Of a stretch of 32,000 nt of DNA, positions 20,122 to 28,276 are shown piece by piece (positions within the stretch are counted from its first letter, which is position 1; each line of letters opens with the position of its first letter). The stretch spans positions 4,006-36,005 of the forward strand of contig JADFSZ010000001.1 in assembly GCA_022560555.1 (NCBI GenBank), written 5' to 3'. A program made the translations under genes and the position numbers. Origin of the DNA: PVC group bacterium (GTDB lineage Bacteria > GCA-001730085 > JADFSZ01). The notes beneath the pieces are model-generated. The model saw only the letters and a program-made list of their open reading frames with translations. It ran no database searches and was not told where the DNA came from.

Positions 20122-21005
20122 TCAAGATTTTCCCGTATACTCTCCTTCTTTTGGAGCACCGTTAGAGTCATCAGGGAGATGCTCATAAAGGAGCTAAACC
20201 GTAAAAAAAGACAATCGAGAAACTTGAACGGAAAAAGCATCAAACAGAACACAAGATACAGATAGCCCCGCAGCCGAGTCGACCCAAAAGAAAACACAAT
20301 AGAAAGAAATTCAATAAAAAAAGCTAAAAATGCGGAAATGGGGCCGGCCACACTGCGTTGCTCTTCTGTTTTCCACCCTCCGAAAAGCTCCCGCACCCCA
20401 TGATGCGTAAATCGATGAAAATCATCGGGAGAGGCATGAAACGGGTATAAAAACGGGATCACATGCAGTCCCCATCCGCCTTTCTTTGTACATTCAGCTA
20501 TTTTGTCCGCGATTTCCCATGGTTTTTTGACATGTTCCAAGACGCTTCGTGATACAAATGCATCCACGCTTTCTTTTTTAAAAGGCAGTTTTTGAAGATC
20601 ACTGACGATATCTACTTCGTCATAGTCAGTAAAATCCAAGCAGATGATATCATCATGTATGCGCCTGTTGCCGCACCCGATATCCACGACGATTTGCTCA
20701 TGCGGGTTCACGTAACGCAATAAAGTTTTTTTGAAATTAAAAGGATAGTCAGGCGCGATGATGTCCACACCAATCGAATAATAATATTTCCCCAGTGTTT
20801 TTTTTAAGCGCCCTTTAAAACTGTTCAAATCATCATGGGGTCCAACGTGATCACAAAAATATATTTTCCCATTTCGTATTTTATACGTGTTTGAACAAGC
20901 CAAGCAGCAAAGCCCCGATGGCTCATATTTCAAATCACCTTGGCAGTGAGGACAGGCCAAAAAAGGAAGTATTTTTTGAAGACGAGTCTGTTGGGACATA
21001 ATCAT
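20118..21005 (-). CDS. Class I SAM-dependent methyltransferase with N-terminal Trm112-like zinc ribbon and C-terminal membrane anchor
   Basis: CPHCQGDL...CLACSNTYKIRNGKIYF (4-Cys ribbon), SAM motif VVDIGCGNRR, acidic DF and SRSVLEHV (Methyltransf_11-like). Two hydrophobic helices at the C-terminus (ISAFLAFFIEFLSIVF, YLYLVFCLMLFPF). Last gene of the filament operon, 32 nt after the preceding stop. Confidence 0.78.
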   Translation of the reverse strand: MIMSQQTRLQKILPFLACPHCQGDLKYEPSGLCCLACSNTYKIRNGKIYFCDHVGPHDDLNSFKGRLKKTLGKYYYSIGVDIIAPDYPFNFKKTLLRYVNPHEQIVVDIGCGNRRIHDDIICLDFTDYDEVDIVSDLQKLPFKKESVDAFVSRSVLEHVKKPWEIADKIAECTKKGGWGLHVIPFLYPFHASPDDFHRFTHHGVRELFGGWKTEEQRSVAGPISAFLAFFIEFLSIVFSFGSTRLRGYLYLVFCLMLFPFKFLDCLFLRFSSFMSISLMTLTVLQKKESIRENLD

Positions 21006-21037
21006 TAAGCGGATGTTTAGGTGTTCTTGAGATCTCC

Positions 21038-21508
21038 TTATTTAGCGATTTTCAGAATTTTTAATTTAGTAATTTCCCCTCTAATCAAACTGTTAATATT
21101 CTGAAAGAAGCTTTTCATAGTCTGAACGTACTTGTCGAGTCGTGGATCAGTTAGATTTGTCATACTTTCCAAGCTTTTAATATTCACATCGTTTGTATTT
21201 TCAACAGATGTCAGCCAGTAAATTATGTATTGCGCGGCCTGCTCGAGACGGCTCTCTCTGGGGATAGTTTCATAAATACCCACCATGATGAAATACGCGT
21301 CCAGTTGCGTCACAGTCATAACAGACGCGTCCCACAATGTGTTAGCCAGTATGACTTCCTTCGTCTTTGTGAGAACGGTTTTTAATTCTACAGAAACTTG
21401 AAACATCTTATCGCGCATACTCTTAAGCTCCGAAATCGTGCTTTCGGCATAAGCCGCCGATGAGGCGAAGAAAATACCTATCGTGAATAAACAAATTATT
21501 TTTTTCAT
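21038..21508 (-). CDS. Secreted/periplasmic hypothetical protein (no family recognised)
   Basis: 156 aa. Clear Sec signal peptide MKKIICLFTIGIFFASSAAYA|E and a predicted helical remainder. AAGGAG Shine-Dalgarno 5 nt upstream. Operon context supports that it is real. Confidence 0.6.
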   Translation of the reverse strand: MKKIICLFTIGIFFASSAAYAESTISELKSMRDKMFQVSVELKTVLTKTKEVILANTLWDASVMTVTQLDAYFIMVGIYETIPRESRLEQAAQYIIYWLTSVENTNDVNIKSLESMTNLTDPRLDKYVQTMKSFFQNINSLIRGEITKLKILKIAK

Positions 21509-21532
21509 AATTTCTCCTTTGTGTGGTTATTT

Positions 21533-22099
21533 TTAGAATTCCTTTTGCGGAATAATCAGTTTTGAGATAACCATATTGCATCTGGCGATACTTGAATCCT
21601 TTGACTTAGGGCCAATTTGAAAACTTTCAACCGTTAAAAATTTAGTTGAGCTTTCAATGCCATGCATAAATTCCACAACTTGTTCCATTTGGGCTTCATA
21701 ATTTATGTTAACTTGAAACTTTTTGGCAATCCCAAGCTCTTTGATTCCCGACGGCTTAATGTCGATTAAATATACCGAAGAACGATTGGCCATCCCTTCA
21801 ACTTCTTTTAAGAGTGATGTCATACCCTGCTCCTCTGTGGCCATGCCTACCAGTAATTTCTCATATTTTTTCATTTCTTTTTCGATACGATCTTTTTGAG
21901 CGAGAATCTTTAAGCTTCTCTTAATCTCGGCCTCCTTGGCCGCAATATCCTGATTGTACATACGAAATTTATCGATGAGCGGCTTGACGAGCATATTATC
22001 AAGAAGCGCGAGCGAGCAAAACAACACAGCTCCGTAGAATACAAGCCTTTCTCTTTTTGAAAGTTTTTTAACGAAATCAACAATAAAATTCAAATTCAC
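21533..22099 (-). CDS. PilO/GspM-like bitopic assembly protein
   Basis: 188 aa, GTG start with AAGGAG Shine-Dalgarno 7 nt upstream. Short cytoplasmic N-terminus, one TM helix (LVFYGAVLFCSLALL), a coiled-coil segment and a ~90-aa C-terminal alpha/beta domain. The architecture and its position after the PilM/N-like gene match PilO/GspM. Confidence 0.6.
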   Translation of the reverse strand: MNLNFIVDFVKKLSKRERLVFYGAVLFCSLALLDNMLVKPLIDKFRMYNQDIAAKEAEIKRSLKILAQKDRIEKEMKKYEKLLVGMATEEQGMTSLLKEVEGMANRSSVYLIDIKPSGIKELGIAKKFQVNINYEAQMEQVVEFMHGIESSTKFLTVESFQIGPKSKDSSIARCNMVISKLIIPQKEF

Positions 22100-22111
22100 C
22101 GTACGGCTCCT

Positions 22112-23566
22112 TTAATCTGAAACACTCGCCAATAAACAGGATATTTCAAAATCCGTCACATCACGAAGCCCGTCTTTTCTTTTGGCTGTGTATTTAGTTT
22201 TGACATTTTTTAGGAATTCAGATTTTTCCATATGATCAACAAAATAAAACACGGTTGACATCGATCGAGCCGTGCCGCGAATCGAAAATCGCCCCCGGCT
22301 ATCATAACGGATAAAATTCAGCTCCAAGTCCGAAGGGATTAATTGATAAATCTCCGTTAAAACTAAAAGAGAATACCCGCGCTTCGATTGATAGTTCCGT
22401 ATGAGCGTAATTTTACTAAAGCTGTCTTCAAGTTTTTCTGCCGCTTCATTTATGGGTTTGTATTTGGTTTCCAAATTAGAGATATAAACACTCTTAAATG
22501 CCATATTCGAAAGCAGAACAGAAAAACCCAGGATAAAAATTATAAGAATAAGAATACCTGTTTTGATCATGTCACGGCTGCGCTCTTCAAGTTGACGCTG
22601 TATTTTTACCTCCTGGGGGATCAAGTTGACTTTAAGATCCTTCCCTGCCGACATGACTCCCATCAGGGCAAGCAAAGAAATCCCTTTCTCTTTTTCCAGA
22701 TTTTGAGCCGCGCTTTTTGAAATGTGGAAATACTTTTCATAGGGTAGTATCTTGACGGGAAGAAGAAGGTTGTCCGATATCGTTTCTTCTGCTCCCACAA
22801 ACATTTCTACCGCTCCCGTAATGAAAGCCTCCCCGGGACGCTTTCCTATATCTTCAGACAAATACGCCTCCAAAGATTTTTTCAACTCATCCGTAAAACG
22901 CTGCAAAGATTGTTCGCGATTACCGGCCATTTCCACGCATCCCAAAGGGATGTTTCGAATAAAAATTACCTTTGCTTGAGAGACAATCGTAAAATCTGTG
23001 TGGGTTTCGTCAATATGGATCATATTGATTGGGGTATTGCTTGAGCTTTTGATTTTAAATATTTTTGAGGCACTCCAGGCTAATGATTCCGGAGCCAAAT
23101 ATACGTTTTCCAATGCTAAGCCCGCATTTTTAAAAATATCGATATATCTTCGAATAATATTTTTCGAGACAATCACCAAAAGCGCTTTTGTATAGTTTTG
23201 TTTGTATACTTCGATGTTGATATAGTCCACAATAATGTCTTCGCGGGAATGAGGGGTATAGCGGCTCGCTTGCAGATTGATAATCTCTTTGATTTCATCA
23301 GGATCAACAGAGGGCAGCTCAATATTTCTTGTAATCACTTGATGACTTGGTACGATCGTCAAGACACCGGCATTACGGGCTTTAGATTCTTCACAATACG
23401 CTTGTATTTGATGCGCGATATCCTCGTCACTCATGGAGCTGATGTTACACGTGTAAATATCCTGGATGTCATGACGAGAGCTCCCCATATGAATAAACCG
23501 CAATGTATCTCCCGAAAGATCAATTCCGACAAGGGCCGTACTTTTCGTCGCGCTTAGATTAAACAT
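22112..23566 (-). CDS. PilM::PilN fusion protein (GspL-equivalent platform protein)
   Basis: 484 aa. The N-terminal ~312 aa are actin-like and PilM-type (ALVGIDLSGDTLRF...). Then come the PilN hallmark VNLIPQEV, a TM helix GILILIIFILGFSVLLSNMAF and a ~120-aa periplasmic domain (coordinates 22115-22630). Confidence 0.72.
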   Translation of the reverse strand: MFNLSATKSTALVGIDLSGDTLRFIHMGSSRHDIQDIYTCNISSMSDEDIAHQIQAYCEESKARNAGVLTIVPSHQVITRNIELPSVDPDEIKEIINLQASRYTPHSREDIIVDYINIEVYKQNYTKALLVIVSKNIIRRYIDIFKNAGLALENVYLAPESLAWSASKIFKIKSSSNTPINMIHIDETHTDFTIVSQAKVIFIRNIPLGCVEMAGNREQSLQRFTDELKKSLEAYLSEDIGKRPGEAFITGAVEMFVGAEETISDNLLLPVKILPYEKYFHISKSAAQNLEKEKGISLLALMGVMSAGKDLKVNLIPQEVKIQRQLEERSRDMIKTGILILIIFILGFSVLLSNMAFKSVYISNLETKYKPINEAAEKLEDSFSKITLIRNYQSKRGYSLLVLTEIYQLIPSDLELNFIRYDSRGRFSIRGTARSMSTVFYFVDHMEKSEFLKNVKTKYTAKRKDGLRDVTDFEISCLLASVSD

Positions 23567-23569
23567 CCC

Positions 23570-24631
23570 TTAGTTCTCCCGCCAAAAAAGTATTTTTCCT
23601 TTGCGATCCGCAACGCATGTAACATCCATTTTTATTTTCTGATTCGCCAAAAAAGCCCGGCATTGAATTTTAAATATTTGAGAATGTGTTTTCAATTTCT
23701 GATCAGCCACAATACTGATCTTCGCGAGCTCTGAAGGGCTTAAATGCGTTCGCTGACTCAACTGAGGCACAATGCTTGATGGATTTGTAAAAATGCCGTC
23801 ATCCGCCGTACCGGGCACCCCATCCTCACCAAAACGAAATGTCATAATTTTGTCGATAATACTCTTATCTAAGCCCAATCCATAAAAAACTTCCCTCGAG
23901 GCCGTGTTCGCGTTAATCTTTCCGTTGCCGTAAATCGTGACATAATTCTTAATAATGTCAACCACATCTTTGTTGACCCCTTTCACTAAATACAATTCAT
24001 CAAAAACTTGAAAAGGAGCGTCTTTCGCTTCGTACGCGAATGCCCCGCTCCGATATTCCCGATCTTCCGCGCTTCCCAGAGGGATGGAGAGCTGGCTGTC
24101 TTCGTCCCGCCAATCTACAATCGCGGCGGCGATTTCTTGAGCTTCTATTTTATCAAAACCAAGGCCGTCTCTCAAAAGTTGGCGCAGAATAATATCATCT
24201 TCTATATTAATATTGATCTTTCTTTCTTCATCAACAAACCCAAATCGAGTTATCAGTTCATTTGACACAATATCACGGTCCACATAGGATATCTCACAAA
24301 AGCCATCTCCAATAGGCATCTTTTTAAAAACAGCTTCTGTGTCAAACCAATACTCGCCTAAAGATGTGTACTCAATAAACTCATCCTCTCCGGGAATAAT
24401 CATTGTGATTGCTTTTTTAACACCGGCTTCCGCGATAGAACGGAGCTTTCCTCTCTCATTTATTCGGGTGGCCAATGTAAGCTTTTGACGAACGGTAACA
24501 CTGGTTATAATCGCAAAAGTGGACAACATCAACAGTGTCCATAAGGTCAAAATAAGGATACTTCCCTGAACTCTACCCTCCCGAAAGGATGCTAACTGTT
24601 TTCGCATAACGTATCTTTTTTGTTCCGTCAT
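23570..24631 (-). CDS. gspK: T2SS minor pseudopilin GspK-like
   Basis: 353 aa. N-terminal hydrophobic segment GSILILTLWTLLMLSTFAI, which lacks the Glu+5. Large globular domain with the GspK-type helix-hairpin-helix block KINANTASREVFYGLGLDKSIIDKIMTFR. Confidence 0.78.
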   Translation of the reverse strand: MTEQKRYVMRKQLASFREGRVQGSILILTLWTLLMLSTFAIITSVTVRQKLTLATRINERGKLRSIAEAGVKKAITMIIPGEDEFIEYTSLGEYWFDTEAVFKKMPIGDGFCEISYVDRDIVSNELITRFGFVDEERKININIEDDIILRQLLRDGLGFDKIEAQEIAAAIVDWRDEDSQLSIPLGSAEDREYRSGAFAYEAKDAPFQVFDELYLVKGVNKDVVDIIKNYVTIYGNGKINANTASREVFYGLGLDKSIIDKIMTFRFGEDGVPGTADDGIFTNPSSIVPQLSQRTHLSPSELAKISIVADQKLKTHSQIFKIQCRAFLANQKIKMDVTCVADRKGKILFWREN

Positions 24632-25163
24632 TAATGATGAGCTTCAAGCGCACGGCTAAAGGCATTTTCTCTTCACTCCAGCGTTCCAGCCACACATAAT
24701 TATTTGTCTCAGTATCGTATTTATAGTATTCAAAAGAGGCGGCTTCAATGTTTTCTAATTCGGATGATATTTCCCCGTCTTTGCCGCGGTATAACATGGA
24801 AATATCCTTAAATGCCCTTGTTAAGGTTTTATTCCGCGCGTCATACGTGTAACTGACTTGGCCGATGGTTTTTACCTCAAACTCTTTTGTGTAAACAATT
24901 GTTGGACATTCAAATAACGTTTTTTGGCCGACAAATTGAATACTTGAATATGCATAGCTGTTTCGAATGTCTTCGGAATATCTTTCTAAAAAAATGTTGG
25001 CATTTTCTAGAGAGACCTCGTTTTGAACTCGGCCCCAGATCATAATCCCCTTAGAAAGCGTTGTGTAAATGACAACACTCACAACCCCCAACAGGGATAC
25101 GACTAAAAGAAGCTCGATGAGCGTCAGGCCTTTAGAATTCCGGACTTTCTTGATAATACGCAT
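24573..25163 (-). CDS. Minor pseudopilin, GspJ-like (prepilin-type N-terminal cleavage/methylation domain)
   Basis: Leader MRIIKKVRNSKG | LTLIELLLVVSLLGV with Glu at +5. Size (~184 aa mature) and the C-terminal MPLAVRLKLII block resemble GspJ. Confidence 0.7.
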   Translation of the reverse strand: MRIIKKVRNSKGLTLIELLLVVSLLGVVSVVIYTTLSKGIMIWGRVQNEVSLENANIFLERYSEDIRNSYAYSSIQFVGQKTLFECPTIVYTKEFEVKTIGQVSYTYDARNKTLTRAFKDISMLYRGKDGEISSELENIEAASFEYYKYDTETNNYVWLERWSEEKMPLAVRLKLIINDGTKKIRYAKTVSILSGG

Positions 25164-25566
25164 AAGCTGTTCTTTCTATGTGAAATTCTCTTGTCTGGTT
25201 TTGACGCTCCCGATTTATATAAAATGAAACTTGAAATAGTAATTTTTTTCTGTCTTTGAGCTTATAATTAAGATTCCACGGATACTTGTCAACACCAACA
25301 ATAAGCGTACCGCTTGTGCGCATCTGAGGCCCCAGACTGCCATATCTCATAAGCTGGTTTTGGGCTTCCCAAATTTTCTCATCCACCCAGGGCATAACGT
25401 TCAGGTAGTCTTTATAGTGACTTAAAAGATCTATATTCACAAAAAATGTTTGAAAGATGGAAACAATCCCCATAGACAATATGGAAACGGCAACCAGTAT
25501 TTCGACTAAAGTAAAACCGCTTTTTCGCCCATCTTTTTTTCTAGTCCTTCCAATTCCGCACATCAT
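25132..25566 (-). CDS. Minor pseudopilin, GspI-like (prepilin-type N-terminal domain)
   Basis: ...GRKSG | FTLVEILVAVSILSMG with Glu+5 and ~127 aa mature. Start placed at the ATG at 25566 (GAGGA ~8 nt upstream). The track start at 25587 is also possible. Confidence 0.68.
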   Translation of the reverse strand: MMCGIGRTRKKDGRKSGFTLVEILVAVSILSMGIVSIFQTFFVNIDLLSHYKDYLNVMPWVDEKIWEAQNQLMRYGSLGPQMRTSGTLIVGVDKYPWNLNYKLKDRKKLLFQVSFYINRERQNQTREFHIERTAYAYYQESPEF

Positions 25567-26056
25567 CGTCACTTTCCTCAATACCATCTTTGCCTATGGA
25601 ATAGAGATCATAATCCTTGCGATGATCTCCCGGGCTTTTATACTGATACGGACGCCCCCAGGGGTCGGTAATGTCTGTTTCTAAATAGGGACCGTGCCAG
25701 TTGGAGGCAGAGGCGGTTTTGCTAAGGAGGGCGCTTAAGCCTTCTGATGTAGACGGAAACGCTCCGTTATCCAGTTCATAGAGTTTGAGCGCTGTCGCAA
25801 TATTAGCCTTAATGTCGGCTTCAGCAATAGTCACACGGGCCTGCTCGCTGCGCCCGGTGAGACGGGGCATCACCATCGCGGCTAAAGCACCGATGATAAT
25901 TACAACGAGCAAAAGCTCAACAAGGGTAAAACCCTGTTGATGGCGAAAGCCATTAACAGATCGGAGTTTTGATTTTTGCTTCACAGTATGCTTTCGATTT
26001 TGTCTTACATCTGTCGACTGTTGACTGTCGACTATTGACCCAAAAATATTTGTCAT
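25541..26056 (-). CDS. gspG: Major pseudopilin GspG
   Basis: G|FTLVELLLVVIIIGALAAMVMPR followed by GspG blocks ALKLYELDNGAFPS, GPYLE, DPWGRPYQYKSPG, YDLYSIGKDG and DDVRNW. Start set to the ATG at 26056, which has AAGGAG 8 nt upstream and avoids overlap with the peptidase gene. Confidence 0.9.
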   Translation of the reverse strand: MTNIFGSIVDSQQSTDVRQNRKHTVKQKSKLRSVNGFRHQQGFTLVELLLVVIIIGALAAMVMPRLTGRSEQARVTIAEADIKANIATALKLYELDNGAFPSTSEGLSALLSKTASASNWHGPYLETDITDPWGRPYQYKSPGDHRKDYDLYSIGKDGIEESDDDVRNWKD

Positions 26057-26070
26057 TTCGTTTTCTCCTT

Positions 26071-26985
26071 TTACGAGCTTAATTTTTCTTCTAAATACTC
26101 CCGCCATCGTTCTTCAAATTCATCCAAATTTTTCATTTTATTCGGGTACGCACTTTGAAGAGCCTCCTCGAGTTTTTTGCCGTCCCGCAGCTCACGGCAA
26201 AACTGGGTAAATCTTTTTGCGCCGAACCGATCGATCATAAAGTTAATCATAGCCACGGATTCCAAATAATATGTTTTGACGAGACTCTCAACATCCAGGA
26301 AAAGGGCCGCCATTTTACCTTCCCGCGTTTTCGTGGCTCGAATATATATCCGATCCATATCCTTCAAAAGGCGAATATCGAGTTTCATCATGTCTTCAAT
26401 ACTGAGAAGTTTGTCCTCTTTATAATATTCCATGGCTGTTTGGCTCATGTATTCTCTCTTGGATTCTTCCGCCCATTGCGCCACTCCTTCATCCAGCCAG
26501 AGAGGAATCTCCCCTTTAAATCCCACAAAATCACGGAAAATCAAATGCGCCATTTCATGAGGCAGCAAGGATTCCACAAACCCTTCTCCCCAGGCATAGC
26601 TGACGATTTGTTTGTGCGTATAATCAGCCATGCCATGCGACCATTCAGGCTGATCGGTCGCTTGAATAAAGGCCTTATGATCGGCAAAGATATAAATCGG
26701 AACACGGTTATCCCATGTCCAAAAACCCGAATATCTCGGATAACCGAGTCCTTGAGCGATCCGCACATAATATTTTTCGGCTTTATCAAGTACGTTCTTG
26801 GCAAACTTGTCGTCATCCGTATAATATACAAAAAAATGTTCCCCGCTCACTTTCTTCCAGTCATAATTATCCAGGCTGACACGAATAGCTCCTTTCTGCC
26901 CGGCAAAGAGATCGCTCGTGTGGCCCAGGGCTAACAACAAAGCGCCCGCAATCCATATACTTTTCAATTGATGCATATGTTTCAT
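26071..26985 (-). CDS. Secreted zinc metallopeptidase, Peptidase_MA_2-like (HExxH + downstream Glu)
   Basis: 304 aa. Signal peptide (SIWIAGALLLALGHTSDLFAG), LLPHEMAHLIF (HExxH) and WLDEGVAQWAEE ~20 residues later (gluzincin-type third ligand). Confidence 0.72.
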   Translation of the reverse strand: MKHMHQLKSIWIAGALLLALGHTSDLFAGQKGAIRVSLDNYDWKKVSGEHFFVYYTDDDKFAKNVLDKAEKYYVRIAQGLGYPRYSGFWTWDNRVPIYIFADHKAFIQATDQPEWSHGMADYTHKQIVSYAWGEGFVESLLPHEMAHLIFRDFVGFKGEIPLWLDEGVAQWAEESKREYMSQTAMEYYKEDKLLSIEDMMKLDIRLLKDMDRIYIRATKTREGKMAALFLDVESLVKTYYLESVAMINFMIDRFGAKRFTQFCRELRDGKKLEEALQSAYPNKMKNLDEFEERWREYLEEKLSS

Positions 26986-27063
26986 TCACGTTCACTAAAT
27001 TGCATGTAAACGGTTCACAGTTTTCGATTTTCAGTTTTTGGTTTTCGGTTATCGGTCAACGAA

Positions 27064-28275
27064 CTACATATTGATTTCAAATATTGGCAAAAGCATCGCC
27101 ATGACTATAAAACCCACTATGAGGCCCATGAAAAGGATAATGAGAGGCTCCATGAGATTGGCTAATATGCGTGACACCTCATCCGTATCGCGCTCATAAC
27201 TTGAGGCCACCTCACTTAAGGCTTCATCCAAAGATCCGGTCTCTTCACCTACAATAAGGAGATTGGTCATAAAAAGAGGAAAAACTTTGACGTCTTTGAG
27301 GCTTTCACCAAGAGGACTGCCGCGTTCCAATTGTTCATAACTCGTTTTTAGCGCGTTTTTCAGAACCTCATTTTTGAGAACCGGTATTGACACATCGAGC
27401 GCCTTGAGAATCGTGATTCCGTTTCGAATCAAAATCTCAAGTGTCCGCGCAAAACGTGATATCTCGGATTTGAGAATAAATTCTCCGTAAATCGGAAGTT
27501 TTAGTTGGAATCGGCCGAAAGAAAGTTTTCCTGATTCTGTTTTAAGGCTCCGGCTAATGACCATACCGAGAAACACACAAGCAATAAGTATCCAAAGCCA
27601 CCAGTCTTGGAGAAAAGTGCTGATGTCAATCAAAATTCTTGTCGGCATCGGGAGCTCTTGTCCCGTCCGGATAAACATCTCGGCCAATTTCGGCACAACA
27701 TAGCTCAACATAAAAATGACGGTTCCGAGTCCAACAAACGCCATCAGCGAGGGATAAACCATCGCCATCCGTAAACGAGCCATCAAAGCATGCTGTTTTT
27801 CCCGGTAATCTGAGATACGCATTAAGGCTTCAGGAAGAGATCCGCTGTTTTCTCCGGCATGAACAATCGAGATATACAAGGATGGGAAAACCTTCGGATA
27901 CTTTTCTAAGGCCGAAGAAAAGGTTCCTCCGTCTTCAACAATGTCATGAATATCATTCAGCATAAAATTGAGACTTGCCTTGTCCGCCTGCTCGGCAATA
28001 ATGGATAAGGCCCTGAGAATGGGGACCCCGGACTTAAGAAGGCTGGCCATCTGACGGCTAAAAAGCGTAATCTGCCTGTGTTTAATCCTTCCCGGCTTGA
28101 TTTTGCTGATTTCTTTCGGAGGCTGAGTTTTGTTCTCTTCTTTTTTTTCCAGCTTAATGGGAAGCAAGCCAAGAGCGTTAATTTTTTCTACGGCATCCTG
28201 CTCGTTATCGGCCTCGATTTGTCCGTCAATAACGTTTTGGGTATCTTTTTTCGCGCGGTAATGAAAAGTAACCAT
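27064..28275 (-). CDS. gspF: Type II secretion/type IV pilus platform protein GspF/PilC family
   Basis: 403 aa. N-terminal FHYRAKKDTQNVIDGQIEA, two T2SSF repeats (FSRQMASLLKSGVPILRAL...; FARTLEILIRNGITILKAL...) and three TM segments. The start lies 1 nt after the gspE stop. Confidence 0.9.
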   Translation of the reverse strand: MVTFHYRAKKDTQNVIDGQIEADNEQDAVEKINALGLLPIKLEKKEENKTQPPKEISKIKPGRIKHRQITLFSRQMASLLKSGVPILRALSIIAEQADKASLNFMLNDIHDIVEDGGTFSSALEKYPKVFPSLYISIVHAGENSGSLPEALMRISDYREKQHALMARLRMAMVYPSLMAFVGLGTVIFMLSYVVPKLAEMFIRTGQELPMPTRILIDISTFLQDWWLWILIACVFLGMVISRSLKTESGKLSFGRFQLKLPIYGEFILKSEISRFARTLEILIRNGITILKALDVSIPVLKNEVLKNALKTSYEQLERGSPLGESLKDVKVFPLFMTNLLIVGEETGSLDEALSEVASSYERDTDEVSRILANLMEPLIILFMGLIVGFIVMAMLLPIFEINM

Positions 28276-28276
28276 A

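Noticed and set aside
26155-26934. 259-aa ORF on the + strand, antisense to the peptidase gene
   Set aside because: It has no recognisable motif, and its F/H/I/R-rich composition is typical of a shadow ORF. The opposite strand encodes a protein with a signal peptide plus HExxH/WLDEG in operon context.
26986-27063. T/G-rich spacer between gspF and the peptidase gene with repeated ttttcg/ggtt units, considered as an internal promoter or repeat element
   Set aside because: It has no hexamer pair with acceptable spacing and no clean direct or inverted repeat. It is probably just an intercistronic spacer.
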